Shown: positions 1 through 9,231 of the stretch, one piece after another
Position numbering within the stretch: the first letter of the stretch is position 1
Layout of the letters: every line of letters begins with the position of its first letter
Origin: an uncultured Planctomycetia bacterium
Lineage (GTDB): Bacteria > Omnitrophota > Gorgyraeia > Duberdicusellales > 4484-171
Assembly (NCBI GenBank): GCA_964420965.1
Contig: CAYQUQ010000001.1
Span: 31,544-95,543 of the forward strand
Length of the DNA stretch: 64,000 bases
Direction of reading: 5' to 3'
The notes under the pieces: model-generated
Told to the model about the DNA's origin: nothing
The model's input: the letters and a program-made list of their open reading frames with translations, nothing else
The model's database searches: none
Position numbers and translations under genes: made by a program

Positions 1-581
1 CTACCTGGTGGATACGTCAGGCCATAACCCGGGCTATCGCCGACCAGGCCCGGACAATAAGGATACCGGTGCATATGACCGAGACGATTAACAAAATAAT
101 CAGAATTTCCCGGCTTTTTATCCAGGAGAAGGGAAGAGAGCCTACCCCCGAAGAATTATCCAAGGAACTCAAGCTCCCGGTTTTTAAAATAAAAGATATT
201 ATTAAAGTGTCCCAGCAACCGATATCGATACATACGCCGATCGGTGATGACGGCGACACTTCTTTTGGCGATTTCATCGAGGACAAAAAGGCCGTTTCTC
301 CGGCTAACGCTACCGTATTTTCGATGCTTAAAGAAGAGCTGGAACAGGTGATGGAAAGCTTAACCGACCGGGAACGAAACATACTTACTTTAAGATTCGG
401 GCTCGAGGACGGCAGTCCCAAAACCTTAGAAGAAGTCGGGACTATTTTTAGGGTCACGCGTGAACGGATCCGGCAGATTGAGGCCAAAGCTTTAAAGAAG
501 CTGCGGCATCCCAGCCGTTCGCGCCGTCTGCAGACTTTTTTAGAGCTTACCCTTTTCCGCGGTAAATTCCGCCCTTCATGA
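1..581 (+). CDS. rpoD: RNA polymerase primary sigma factor, 5'-truncated by window edge
   Basis: Frame open from window start: [25 protein letters not shown] (region 2.4/3) and [23 protein letters not shown] (region 4.2). Confidence 0.93.
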   Translation, partial: TWWIRQAITRAIADQARTIRIPVHMTETINKIIRISRLFIQEKGREPTPEELSKELKLPVFKIKDIIKVSQQPISIHTPIGDDGDTSFGDFIEDKKAVSPANATVFSMLKEELEQVMESLTDRERNILTLRFGLEDGSPKTLEEVGTIFRVTRERIRQIEAKALKKLRHPSRSRRLQTFLELTLFRGKFRPS

Positions 582-616
582 ACCCCGTTAGAAAAGCTTT
601 TTTCTAACGGGGTAAA
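582..616. repeat. Palindromic element family A (CCCCGTTAG...CTAACGGGG), copy 1
   Basis: accccgttagaaaa-gctt-ttttctaacggggt+aaa immediately after rpoD stop; related copies at 13505, 15121, 15209, 55455, 62235. Confidence 0.9.
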
Positions 617-624
617 GGAGCACT

Positions 625-906
625 ATGGTCGATAAAAAAACCGTTGAACATGTAGCCCAATTAGCCCGGGTAGCCATAAGCGAAGAGGAAAAAGAATCTT
701 TAGGCGATCAGCTTTCCAAGATTATTGACTACATCGATAAGCTTAAAGAGCTAAAAGTCGAAGGAGTAGCGCCCCTGAGAGGATTGCATATTGCCGGAAA
801 CATTTTCCGCGAGGATAAAGCCGTACTTAAGCCCGCAGAGGATATCTTAAACAACGTCCCTTTGCGCCAGGATAATTTCATTAAGATTCCTAAAGTGATC
901 GAATGA
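625..906 (+). CDS. gatC: Asp-tRNA(Asn)/Glu-tRNA(Gln) amidotransferase subunit C
   Basis: VEHVAQLARV, REDKAV, FIKIPKV motifs; precedes gatA/gatB. Confidence 0.93.
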   Translation: MVDKKTVEHVAQLARVAISEEEKESLGDQLSKIIDYIDKLKELKVEGVAPLRGLHIAGNIFREDKAVLKPAEDILNNVPLRQDNFIKIPKVIE

Positions 907-919
907 AGAAGCAATACCG

Positions 920-2347
920 ATGGATAAGTTAATTAGTCTTACCGGGCTAGAGATTGCGCAGGGAATTAAGGACCAGAGCCTTTCTAAAGAGGATGTTCAC
1001 ACTTTTTTTAAAAGCCGGATCGAAAAGCTGGACCGTTCTTTACGCAGTTTCGTAGAAGTTTATGCGCAGCCGATACCCGGGCCGGGAAGTTCTTCCTTAG
1101 AGGGTCTGCCCATAGCCATAAAGGACAATATTTGTATCCAGGGTAAAAAGATTACTTGTGCTTCTAAGATTTTATCTTCACACCGGGCGGCCTATGACGC
1201 TGCCGTGATCCGGAAATTAAAGGATGCCGGGTTAAGCATTATCGGGACTACCAATATGGATGAGTTCGCTTTCGGGTCTTCTACGGAAAATTCCTGTTAC
1301 GGGCCTACGAAAAACCCCTGGGATCCATCCCGGGTGGTTGGGGGTTCCAGCGGCGGTTCGGCCGCAGCCGTAGCCGCGCGGCTTGTTCCCTTTGCCCTGG
1401 GGTCAGACACCGGAGGTTCCATCCGCCAACCGGCCGCTCTTTGCGGCGTGGTCGGGTTTAAGCCGACCTACGGGCGGGTTTCCCGCTACGGGCTGGTTGC
1501 TTTTGGTTCGAGCCTGGATCAGATCGGCCCTCTGACTACAAATTTTGGGGATTGCGCTCATCTGCTCAATATAATTTGCGGGGCCGACGCTAAAGATTCT
1601 ACCGCGGTTTCTTTAGCCGTTCCTGATTTTAGAGAGAGTTTGGGCTGTTCCTGTGCCGGGGTAAAAGTGGGTTTGCCGAAACAGTATTTTGGGCCGGGAC
1701 TAGACCCGGCGGTAAAAACGGCGGTGGACGAAGCCATAGCTACCTTTAAGAAAAAGAAAGTAAAGTTTGTTCCCATAGACTTGCCCCATACCGAATACGC
1801 TGTAGCCACCTATTATATTATCGCTTCTTCTGAGGCCAGCTCCAACTTGCAGAGGTTCGACGGGATCAAATACGGCTTAAGGAGTAAAAGCGGTAATTTA
1901 AAAGAGCTTTATGCGAAAACCCGGGCTGAAGGTTTCGGCGACGAGGTGAAACGGCGAGTATTTTTAGGGACCTACAGCCTTTCCAGCGGCTACTACGACG
2001 CTTACTACCTCAAAGCTCTGAAAGCAAGGAGGCTGATTAAGGACGATTTCGACCAGGCTTTTAAAGCCGTCGATTTGATTCTCACCCCCACCTCGCCTAC
2101 GGCAGCCTTTAAAATCGGTGAGAAAGTAAGCGACCCCTTAAGTATGTATTTATCCGATATTTATACCATATCGGTTAATTTAGCCGGGATTCCGGCGGTT
2201 TCTTTCCCCTGCGGCTTTACTCCCGGCAATTTGCCGATCGGAGTCCAGTTGATCGGCAAAGAGTTTGACGAAGCCACGCTTATTAAGTTGGGCTCGCTTT
2301 TCCAGGACTGCACTGATTTTCATAAAAAAATACCCGCAATAAAATGA
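920..2347 (+). CDS. gatA: Amidotransferase subunit A
   Basis: Amidase signature GGSSGGSAAAVAA, GSDTGGSIRQPA, YYDAYYLKA. Confidence 0.96.
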   Translation: MDKLISLTGLEIAQGIKDQSLSKEDVHTFFKSRIEKLDRSLRSFVEVYAQPIPGPGSSSLEGLPIAIKDNICIQGKKITCASKILSSHRAAYDAAVIRKLKDAGLSIIGTTNMDEFAFGSSTENSCYGPTKNPWDPSRVVGGSSGGSAAAVAARLVPFALGSDTGGSIRQPAALCGVVGFKPTYGRVSRYGLVAFGSSLDQIGPLTTNFGDCAHLLNIICGADAKDSTAVSLAVPDFRESLGCSCAGVKVGLPKQYFGPGLDPAVKTAVDEAIATFKKKKVKFVPIDLPHTEYAVATYYIIASSEASSNLQRFDGIKYGLRSKSGNLKELYAKTRAEGFGDEVKRRVFLGTYSLSSGYYDAYYLKALKARRLIKDDFDQAFKAVDLILTPTSPTAAFKIGEKVSDPLSMYLSDIYTISVNLAGIPAVSFPCGFTPGNLPIGVQLIGKEFDEATLIKLGSLFQDCTDFHKKIPAIK

Positions 2348-3765
2348 GTAATTTCGAAACAGTGATCGGCTTAGAGGTGCATGTGCAGCTTAAGACAGAT
2401 TCCAAGATATTCTGCTCCTGCGCCACTAAATTTGAAAGCCCTCCCAACACCAATATCTGTCCGGTCTGCTGCGGCTATCCCGGGGTACTCCCGGTTTTTA
2501 ATAAAAAAGTTCTGGAATTAGCCCTGCGGGTTTCCCTGGCTTTAAACTGTAAAGTTAATAAGGATATATACTTTGAAAGGAAGAATTACTTTTATCCCGA
2601 TTTACCCAAGAATTATCAGATTTCTCAGTATAAGATGCCCCTGGGAGAAGAGGGTTCTCTTTTGCTGGCGTCGGGTAAAACCATAAAGATCAACAGAGTG
2701 CACATGGAGGAAGACGCCGGGAAATTAGTGCATAAAGAAGATTGTTCACTGGTAGATTTCAATCGTACCGGAATCCCTTTACTGGAAATTGTTTCCTCCC
2801 CGGATATCCGCAGTCCCGAGGAGGCTTACGATTACCTAAATCATCTTAAATTAACCCTTCAGTCTATCGGCGCCTCCGATTGCGATATGGAGAAGGGATA
2901 CTTACGCTGTGACGCTAATATTTCTCTCCGCGAGAAGGGTCAGGAAGAGTTAGGCACAAAAGTGGAATTGAAGAATATGAATTCCTTTAAAGGGGTAAGG
3001 TCGGCTTTACAGTTTGAAGCCGAAAGGCAGGCCAAAGCACTGGTTGAAGGCGAGAGAATCGTGCAGGAGACCCGGCTCTGGGATGTAGAGAAGCAAAAGA
3101 CTTTTGTTATGCGCACTAAAGAAGAGGCTCACGATTACCGCTATTTTCCCGAACCGGACCTCCTTAACTTTTCGGTTTCCGCAGAGCTCATCGAGCAGGA
3201 GAGAGGGTTGATTGGAGAATTACCGCTTAAAAAGAAAGCAAGATTAATGCAGGATTACGGAATCGGAGCTAAAGAGGCCGATATATTTGTGGGTAATTCT
3301 AAACTGGCCCGATTCTTCGAAGAGATACTTAAGGTTTATCCGCAACCCAAAGAGGTGTCTAACTGGCTCCTCGGACCCTTCTTAGAGCAGGTAAACAACT
3401 TAGCGGGTAATTTCGATTCCGTAAAAATATCTGCACAAAACTTCGCGAAGATAGTAAAATACTTCAGTGAAGGCAAAATGAATAATTTAGCCGGAAAGCT
3501 TGCCCTTTCCTTAAGTATAAGCACCAACGAAGATGTGGACAGCATTATCGACAGGGAGGAGCTTTTCCAGGTATCGGATCAGGATTCTTTAACTAACTTT
3601 GTCGAGGAGGTTATTAAGGAAAACCCCAAGCCGGTCAGCGAGTACAAAGAAGGCAAGCTCCCGGCGGTTCAGTTCTTAGTGGGTCAGGTAATGAGGAAGA
3701 GTAAGGGTAAGGCGAATCCTAAGGTCGCCAGAGAAATGCTAGAAAGGAGGCTAAGTGAGGCTTAG
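2344..3765 (+). CDS. gatB: Amidotransferase subunit B
   Basis: IGLEVHVQL, YFYPDLPKNYQISQ, HMEEDAGK, DYRYFPEPDL. Confidence 0.97.
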   Translation: MSNFETVIGLEVHVQLKTDSKIFCSCATKFESPPNTNICPVCCGYPGVLPVFNKKVLELALRVSLALNCKVNKDIYFERKNYFYPDLPKNYQISQYKMPLGEEGSLLLASGKTIKINRVHMEEDAGKLVHKEDCSLVDFNRTGIPLLEIVSSPDIRSPEEAYDYLNHLKLTLQSIGASDCDMEKGYLRCDANISLREKGQEELGTKVELKNMNSFKGVRSALQFEAERQAKALVEGERIVQETRLWDVEKQKTFVMRTKEEAHDYRYFPEPDLLNFSVSAELIEQERGLIGELPLKKKARLMQDYGIGAKEADIFVGNSKLARFFEEILKVYPQPKEVSNWLLGPFLEQVNNLAGNFDSVKISAQNFAKIVKYFSEGKMNNLAGKLALSLSISTNEDVDSIIDREELFQVSDQDSLTNFVEEVIKENPKPVSEYKEGKLPAVQFLVGQVMRKSKGKANPKVAREMLERRLSEA

Positions 3766-3812
3766 ATTTTTGAAGCGTACAAAGGAAAGCTAACAAAAAT
3801 CTGTAGCCGAAC

Positions 3813-3923
3813 TTACCCCCACACCAATTTGTACACTTTGTTTAAGGAGCGAAATTGGTGTGGGGGTTAATTCGCCCATACGACTTACGTTCATTCGCTT
3901 CGCTCACTCCGTAAGTCGTGGGC
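3813..3923. repeat. Two adjacent intergenic hairpins (palindromic elements)
   Basis: acccccacaccaattt (3815-3830) / aaattggtgtgggggt (3852-3867) perfect 16-bp arms; gcccatacgacttacg / cgtaagtcgtgggc (3874-3923). Confidence 0.75.
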
Positions 3924-3945
3924 TCATTAAAAGGAGGCTTAAGAA

Positions 3946-5208
3946 ATGAGAAGGAGAAGTGTTGTTTTTATAGTGATTCTGGCCGTAATCGCACTTTCTT
4001 ACCGGGCCGGTATTTCTTTCGGCCAGGAAGGCGAAAAGAAAAAGGCAGTTAAAAAGGCAGTTAAAAAAGTAATTAAAAAGGATGATTTATATAAAGAGCT
4101 GGAGATCTTCGCCGAAGGATTAGCCGTCATTGAAAAGAAATACGTCGAAGACAAGTCCGCGCAAGACTTAATCTACGGAGCCATGGAAGGGCTGCTGATG
4201 TCCCTGGATTCTTACAGCCAGTTTTTAAGCCCCGATGACTATAAAAACCTTTTAGTGGAAACGGAAGGAAAGTTCGGCGGGTTAGGTATTGAGATTACCA
4301 TCAAGGACGGTTTGCTTACCATCGTCTCGCCTTTAGAAGATACACCGGCATGGAAGGCGGGAGTTAAGGCCAGCGATATAATCGTTAAGATCGAGGGCGA
4401 GTTGACCAAGGGTATTACTTTGAATGAAGCCGTTAAAAAGTTACGGGGCAAACCCGGCACCAAGGTTACCATAACCGTTTTGCGGGAAAAGGGCCGCAAG
4501 CTCGAAGACATAACCATCACCAGAGGAATTATTAAAATAAAAGACATAAAAAGAGCCCTGGTCTTAGAAGACAATATTGGTTACGTGAAAATAGCCGAAT
4601 TTAGAGAGAATACGGCCCGGGATCTGGACAAGGCTTTAGAGAAATTGAATAAAAAAAAGCTCAAAGGTATAATCATTGATTTACGCAATAATCCCGGCGG
4701 GCTGTTGAGCTCAGCCATAGAAGTCAGCAGCCGGTTTATAAAAGACGGGGCCGTGGTCGTATCCACCAAATCCCGCAGTGAAGCGGAGCGGGTGTATAAG
4801 TCCTTGCGGGTCAATAAGAAGTATTTGGATATCCCTTTGGTGGTATTGATAAATAAGGGCAGCGCTTCCGGGAGCGAGATCCTGGCGGCGGCCTTGCGGG
4901 ATAATAAGCAGGCTATTCTGCTGGGGGAGGCAACGTTCGGTAAGGGCTCAGTGCAGACCATAGTACCTTTATCCGACTCTTCGGCGATGCGTCTGACTAC
5001 TTCGAAGTATTATACCCCCACCGGTAAGAGTATTCACGAAAAGGGCATTGAGCCGGATATTCTGGTGACTAAGACCGAAGCCGAAGGCGAGGAAGATGTT
5101 TTTAAAGATCTGGACAAGAAAAAGAAATTCGATTATAAAAAAGATTATCAGATAATCAGAGCCCTGGATTTAATCCGAGGCCTGCTCGTTTTAAAAAACA
5201 GCGAGTAG
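3946..5208 (+). CDS. ctpA: Carboxy-terminal processing protease, S41 family (CtpA/Prc)
   Basis: Signal peptide, PDZ GGLGIEI, DLRNNPGGLL, SASGSEI, TFGKGSVQ. Confidence 0.92.
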   Translation: MRRRSVVFIVILAVIALSYRAGISFGQEGEKKKAVKKAVKKVIKKDDLYKELEIFAEGLAVIEKKYVEDKSAQDLIYGAMEGLLMSLDSYSQFLSPDDYKNLLVETEGKFGGLGIEITIKDGLLTIVSPLEDTPAWKAGVKASDIIVKIEGELTKGITLNEAVKKLRGKPGTKVTITVLREKGRKLEDITITRGIIKIKDIKRALVLEDNIGYVKIAEFRENTARDLDKALEKLNKKKLKGIIIDLRNNPGGLLSSAIEVSSRFIKDGAVVVSTKSRSEAERVYKSLRVNKKYLDIPLVVLINKGSASGSEILAAALRDNKQAILLGEATFGKGSVQTIVPLSDSSAMRLTTSKYYTPTGKSIHEKGIEPDILVTKTEAEGEEDVFKDLDKKKKFDYKKDYQIIRALDLIRGLLVLKNSE

Positions 5209-5210
5209 GC

Positions 5211-6203
5211 ATGTACACCCTGGGTATAGAAACTTCTTGCGATGAAACTTCCTGCGCGATTTTAAATAATTTTGAAGTCCTTTCCAACGTTACCCTGTCT
5301 TCTTTAAGAGAGCACAAAAAGTACGGCGGGGTGATTCCCGAAATAGCCACCCGCGCCCACCTTAAGGCTATGGATAGAGTTTTAAAAGAAGCTTCTATTC
5401 AGGCCGATGTGCCCCTAAAGAAAATAGGCCTGATCGGCGCGACCTGCAAACCGGGTTTGATCGGAAGCCTGGTGGTCGGCCTTAACTTTGCCAAAGCCCT
5501 GTCGGTAGCGCTTAAAGTGCCTTTTATAGGAATAAACCATCTCCACGCGCATCTTTTTGCCCCTTTTTTAAATTGTGCGCATAAGTTAAGATTTCCCTTC
5601 TTAGGTTTAGTAATTTCCGGCGGGCATACTGAGATTTACCGCGTCGACGATTTCAATAAGATAAAAACTCTGGGCGAAACTCTCGATGATGCCTGCGGGG
5701 AAGTTTTTGATAAAGTGGCTATGGGCTACGGCTTGGGGTATCCCGGAGGTCCGGTTATTGACCGGCTTTACGACCAGAGATACAGAAAGGATTTTGATTT
5801 TAAATGCGGCCGATCCGGATTTGATTTAAGCTTCAGCGGAATAAAAACCGCCCTTATTTATAAGAGAAACGAACTTAAGGCCAAGGGCCTTTTTGATGCC
5901 AAAACGAAGATAAGGCTTATCTCTTCTTTTCAGTATGCAGTTTGCGAAACGATTATCCGCGCGGCCCGGGAAGCGGCCGCGAAGTTTAAAATAGACCGGA
6001 TAGTCTGCGGCGGCGGAGTCGCCGCCAACAGCTATTTACGCCGCCGCCTGAAAAGTGAAGAAAAAAAGGCCAGATTAGAGATTTTGGTTTCGCCCCGCAA
6101 GTACGCCGGGGATAACGGAGCAATGGTTGCAGGATTAGGGTTTTATCTGTATAATAAAAGGAGAACAAAGAGCCCTCTAAATTTAAGGGCCGAGCCGAAC
6201 TGA
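5211..6203 (+). CDS. tsaD: tRNA N6-threonylcarbamoyltransferase
   Basis: LGIETSCDET, YGGVIPEIA, HLHAH, ISGGHT, GGVAAN, DNGAMVA. Confidence 0.96.
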   Translation: MYTLGIETSCDETSCAILNNFEVLSNVTLSSLREHKKYGGVIPEIATRAHLKAMDRVLKEASIQADVPLKKIGLIGATCKPGLIGSLVVGLNFAKALSVALKVPFIGINHLHAHLFAPFLNCAHKLRFPFLGLVISGGHTEIYRVDDFNKIKTLGETLDDACGEVFDKVAMGYGLGYPGGPVIDRLYDQRYRKDFDFKCGRSGFDLSFSGIKTALIYKRNELKAKGLFDAKTKIRLISSFQYAVCETIIRAAREAAAKFKIDRIVCGGGVAANSYLRRRLKSEEKKARLEILVSPRKYAGDNGAMVAGLGFYLYNKRRTKSPLNLRAEPN

Positions 6204-6210
6204 CCGCATA

Positions 6211-6651
6211 ATGATTAGCTTTTTTCAAACCATAATCAGGCTGATTTTAGCTTTTATTTTAGGGAGCGTTATTGGTTTAGAACGGGAGAAAAAGGGGGGT
6301 AGCGCGGGACTACGGACCCATATCTTGGTTTGTGTGGGGTCGGCATTAATAATGTTGACTTCCCTTTATATTTATGATATTTATCAGGATAAGGCCGCAA
6401 TTGATCCTTCCCGAATCGCCGCCGGGGTAGTTACCGGTATCGGATTTCTGGGGGCGGGGACGATAATCCGCAGCCGGGAAGGAGTCAAAGGCCTGACTAC
6501 GGCCGCAAGTATCTGGGTGAGCGCAGCCATCGGTCTGGCCGTGGGTTGCGGATATATCAGCGCCGCGCTGGTAGTTACCGGCCTTTCCTACTTATCGCTT
6601 TCTTTTTTGAAAAAAATAGAAAAAAGGAGCTCAGCTAATAAGGCAATTTAA
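6211..6651 (+). CDS. MgtC/SapB family membrane protein
   Basis: IGLERE, AGLRTHILV, DPSRIAAGVVTGIGFLGAG, GLTTAASIW. Confidence 0.92.
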   Translation: MISFFQTIIRLILAFILGSVIGLEREKKGGSAGLRTHILVCVGSALIMLTSLYIYDIYQDKAAIDPSRIAAGVVTGIGFLGAGTIIRSREGVKGLTTAASIWVSAAIGLAVGCGYISAALVVTGLSYLSLSFLKKIEKRSSANKAI

Positions 6652-6724
6652 TAAGATTTCTCGTCCCGACTCATCGTCGGGACTCGAGATCAATTTTCCT
6701 GAGTGAAACGCTATAAAATTGAGG
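6652..6724. repeat. Two-hairpin intergenic element, copy 1 (copy 2 at 28035-28118)
   Basis: taagat-tctcgtcccgac...gtcgggactcgagatcaattttcctga...aaaattgagg shared with 28035-28118. Confidence 0.75.
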
Positions 6725-6734
6725 GGGTGAAAAA

Positions 6735-7223
6735 ATGGCGAGACGTAGAGAAGAAGAGAAAATTTTAGACGTAAGTGCGGCCATGCAGGGAAGCTTAGTT
6801 TTTTCGGACCCCGTAAACTTACGGATTAACGGAAAGTTTGAGGGCACTTTAACCACCAAAGGTAATTTGATTATCGGAGAAAGCGCTGAGGTTAAAGCGG
6901 ACATCATCGGTGAGAGCATAACTATTGCCGGTTATGTCCGGGGAAAGATTAAAGCCAGCGGGATGGTCCGGCTCGTAAGCACGGGGCGGATTGTTGCCGA
7001 CATGGAAGTTCCCCGGCTGTCTATCGAAGAAGGAGCGGTCTTTAACGGTAAATGCGCCATGCTCGAGGGAAGAATTTCCCTGGAAGAGCTATCCGATTAT
7101 CTTTCGATCGAAGAGGATAAGATCATGGAATGGGTCGACGGCGGTAAAATTCCCGTAGAGAAAGAAGGGAGCAGATTATTATTCGACCGCGAAGAGGTAG
7201 AAAGCTTTATAGCCCATAAATAA
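6735..7223 (+). CDS. Bactofilin (polymer-forming cytoskeletal) domain fused to C-terminal excisionase/MerR-like HTH
   Basis: Bactofilin pattern LRINGKFEG...LIIGESAEVKADI...LSIEEGAVFNGKC, then SLEELSDYLSI...WVDGGKIP...LLFDREEV. Confidence 0.82.
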   Translation: MARRREEEKILDVSAAMQGSLVFSDPVNLRINGKFEGTLTTKGNLIIGESAEVKADIIGESITIAGYVRGKIKASGMVRLVSTGRIVADMEVPRLSIEEGAVFNGKCAMLEGRISLEELSDYLSIEEDKIMEWVDGGKIPVEKEGSRLLFDREEVESFIAHK

Positions 7224-7262
7224 ACCTTAGATAGAATAATCCCTGTAATCTAATTAATAATT

Positions 7263-7577
7263 ATGAAAGAAAAACTTCTGGCCACCAGAGAGGTTTCACA
7301 AATCTTAGGCATCCCCGAAAAAGAGATTATCGACCTGGCTAATACCAATATTATCCCCCATTTCAAGGTAGCCGGGGAGTTCTTCCGTTTTAAAAGAGAG
7401 GATGTATTGCGAATTAAACCTGCCATTAAAAAGAAATATAATCTTCCCGAAAAAAAACGCCACCGCTCAGAAAGCATTAGGGAATTTTTTTACTTTAATG
7501 ATTTTTATATTGTGGCGACAGCCTTAATAATTTTTTTGCTCTGGATAATCATTAAGGATATCGCCTTTAGCGCCTGA
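7263..7577 (+). CDS. Excisionase-like HTH protein with C-terminal transmembrane helix
   Basis: LLATREVSQILGI...IPHFKVAGEFFRFKREDV; hydrophobic FYIVATALIIFLLWIII. Confidence 0.78.
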   Translation: MKEKLLATREVSQILGIPEKEIIDLANTNIIPHFKVAGEFFRFKREDVLRIKPAIKKKYNLPEKKRHRSESIREFFYFNDFYIVATALIIFLLWIIIKDIAFSA

Positions 7578-7625
7578 TTGCACCGCCCCCCTTAATTTAA
7601 TCTCTATAACCCCGGGAGGAAGAGA

Positions 7626-7946
7626 ATGATAACTTACGATGAGTTTTCTAAGCTGGATTTAAGAATCGGCAGAGTTTTGGAGGTAAATCCTCACCCTGAC
7701 GCCGAAAAGCTCTATTTGTTAAAGGTGAACATCGGCGCAAGCACGATTTCTCTGGTTGCGGGAATAAGAGCTTTTTACGCCGCGCCGGATTTAGTCGGTA
7801 AATTAATAGTCGTTCTGGTTAATCTGGAGCCGAGAAGCTTAAGAGGCATTGTTTCGGAAGGAATGCTCCTTGCGGCTCAATCCGACGGCGACGTCAGCGT
7901 GATAGTTTCTGATCGCGAGGCAACTCCGGGGAGCAAGGTTAAATGA
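7626..7946 (+). CDS. tRNA-binding OB-fold protein (MetRS C-terminal/CsaA-like)
   Basis: ITYDEFSKLDLRIG, HPDAEKL, NLEPRSLRGIVSEGMLLAA. Confidence 0.9.
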   Translation: MITYDEFSKLDLRIGRVLEVNPHPDAEKLYLLKVNIGASTISLVAGIRAFYAAPDLVGKLIVVLVNLEPRSLRGIVSEGMLLAAQSDGDVSVIVSDREATPGSKVK

Positions 7947-8356
7947 TGAAAACAGAATATTTAAGGGTCAATACAAAAGGAAACTGCGATATTATCGATA
8001 TTACCCCCGGCATAAGGGAAATAGCCGGGAAAGAAAAGCTTAAGGATGGGATTATCTTTCTCTCGGTCATCGGCTCAACGGCAGCTTTAACCACCATGGA
8101 GTACGAGTCGGGACTTAAGCAGGATTTAAAGAAGATGTTCGAGAAACTTATCCCCTACCGCAGGGATTATTCCCATAACTTTACCTGGGCCGACGACAAT
8201 GGCCACTCTCATCTGCGGAGTTCATTTATTAAAACCTCATTCTTTGTCTCGGTTACCGGCGGCAAACTTGATTTAGGAACCTGGCAGCAAGTGGTCTTAA
8301 TCGATTTTGACACTCGCCCCCGGGAGCGAAAAATCGTAGCCAAAATATGGATTTAA
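7943..8356 (+). CDS. YjbQ/UPF0047 family protein
   Basis: STAALTTME, DNGHSHLRS, LDLGTWQQVVLIDFD. Confidence 0.9.
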   Translation: MMKTEYLRVNTKGNCDIIDITPGIREIAGKEKLKDGIIFLSVIGSTAALTTMEYESGLKQDLKKMFEKLIPYRRDYSHNFTWADDNGHSHLRSSFIKTSFFVSVTGGKLDLGTWQQVVLIDFDTRPRERKIVAKIWI

Positions 8357-9180
8357 GCCGGGATATCGAAGAATATGATTTGATTTTTCTTGACCTGGAA
8401 ACAACCGGTCTGGATGTCGTAACCGGGGATTCTATCTGCGAAATCGGAGCTTTAAAAGTAAGAAAAAGAGAGGTCATCGATGAATTCCACACTCTGGTTA
8501 ATCCGCAAAAAAGTATGCCCCCGGAAGCTTTCCGGATCCATAAAATATCGGATCAGGATTTAAAGGATGCCCCGGCTTTTGAAAAGATAGCGGATAAGCT
8601 TATTTCGTTTCTTAAGGGCAGCGTAATTTTCGCCTACAATGTTGAGTTTGATATGGGATTTGTGGATCAACATTTAAAAAAAATTAATTATCCGCCTTTG
8701 GATACCCCGGCAGTAGATATCCTTTCTATGGCCCGGGACGCTCTTTATTTGCCGAAATACGATCTGGCGACTACATCCCGGTTTTTTAATATTGAAAGCA
8801 GGGGTAATTTCCACCGGGCTTTAGACGATGCTTATGTCGCTTACCGGATATTTTTCCGGCTGCTGGAGATTTTCAAAGAAAAAAGGCTGAACAGGCTTGC
8901 CGAATTCATTTCCCTTTACGGTTTTAACAACGATATTTTCCGCTCCCAGGAAAACAGTAAAGTAGATTTTTTTAAGGCGGCGATCGATGCGAAAATGAAT
9001 ATAAAAATCAAGTGTTTTTTGCCCAAGGGTGGTGCGGAAGAGAAACAGATCCGGCCCCTCAGGATATTTCAGGAAAACCGGCATTTTTATCTTTTATATC
9101 AGGGTGCGGACAATAATCCTTCCCGGGCGAGGCTAAATCGGATTTTTGATATCGCCGGAACCGGGGAGTTTAGCGATTGA
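8347..9180 (+). CDS. DEDDh 3'-5' exonuclease (DnaQ-like) with probable C-terminal WYL-like domain
   Basis: DLETTG, YNVEFD, HRALDD exo motifs; C-terminal IKIK..EKQIRP..FYLL..RARLNRI. Confidence 0.8.
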   Translation: MDLSRDIEEYDLIFLDLETTGLDVVTGDSICEIGALKVRKREVIDEFHTLVNPQKSMPPEAFRIHKISDQDLKDAPAFEKIADKLISFLKGSVIFAYNVEFDMGFVDQHLKKINYPPLDTPAVDILSMARDALYLPKYDLATTSRFFNIESRGNFHRALDDAYVAYRIFFRLLEIFKEKRLNRLAEFISLYGFNNDIFRSQENSKVDFFKAAIDAKMNIKIKCFLPKGGAEEKQIRPLRIFQENRHFYLLYQGADNNPSRARLNRIFDIAGTGEFSD

Positions 9181-9206
9181 ACAGCCCGGACATGTATGGT
9201 ATTATA
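9178..9206 (+). promoter_or_regulatory. Putative sigma70 promoter for the Lrp-aminotransferase operon
   Basis: TTGAAC-17 nt-TATTAT with TG extended -10. Confidence 0.5.
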
Positions 9207-9231
9207 TTTAACATAATAAAGGGGGTATGAG

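Noticed and set aside
17-487. 156-aa minus-strand ORF and the many other short ORFs overlapping called genes
   Set aside because: They are antisense or alternate-frame shadows of well-supported genes and have no recognisable motifs.
4038-4070. Tandem aaaaaggcagtt repeat (KKAVKKAVKK) in ctpA
   Set aside because: Two copies in a low-complexity linker; not enough to suggest phase variation.
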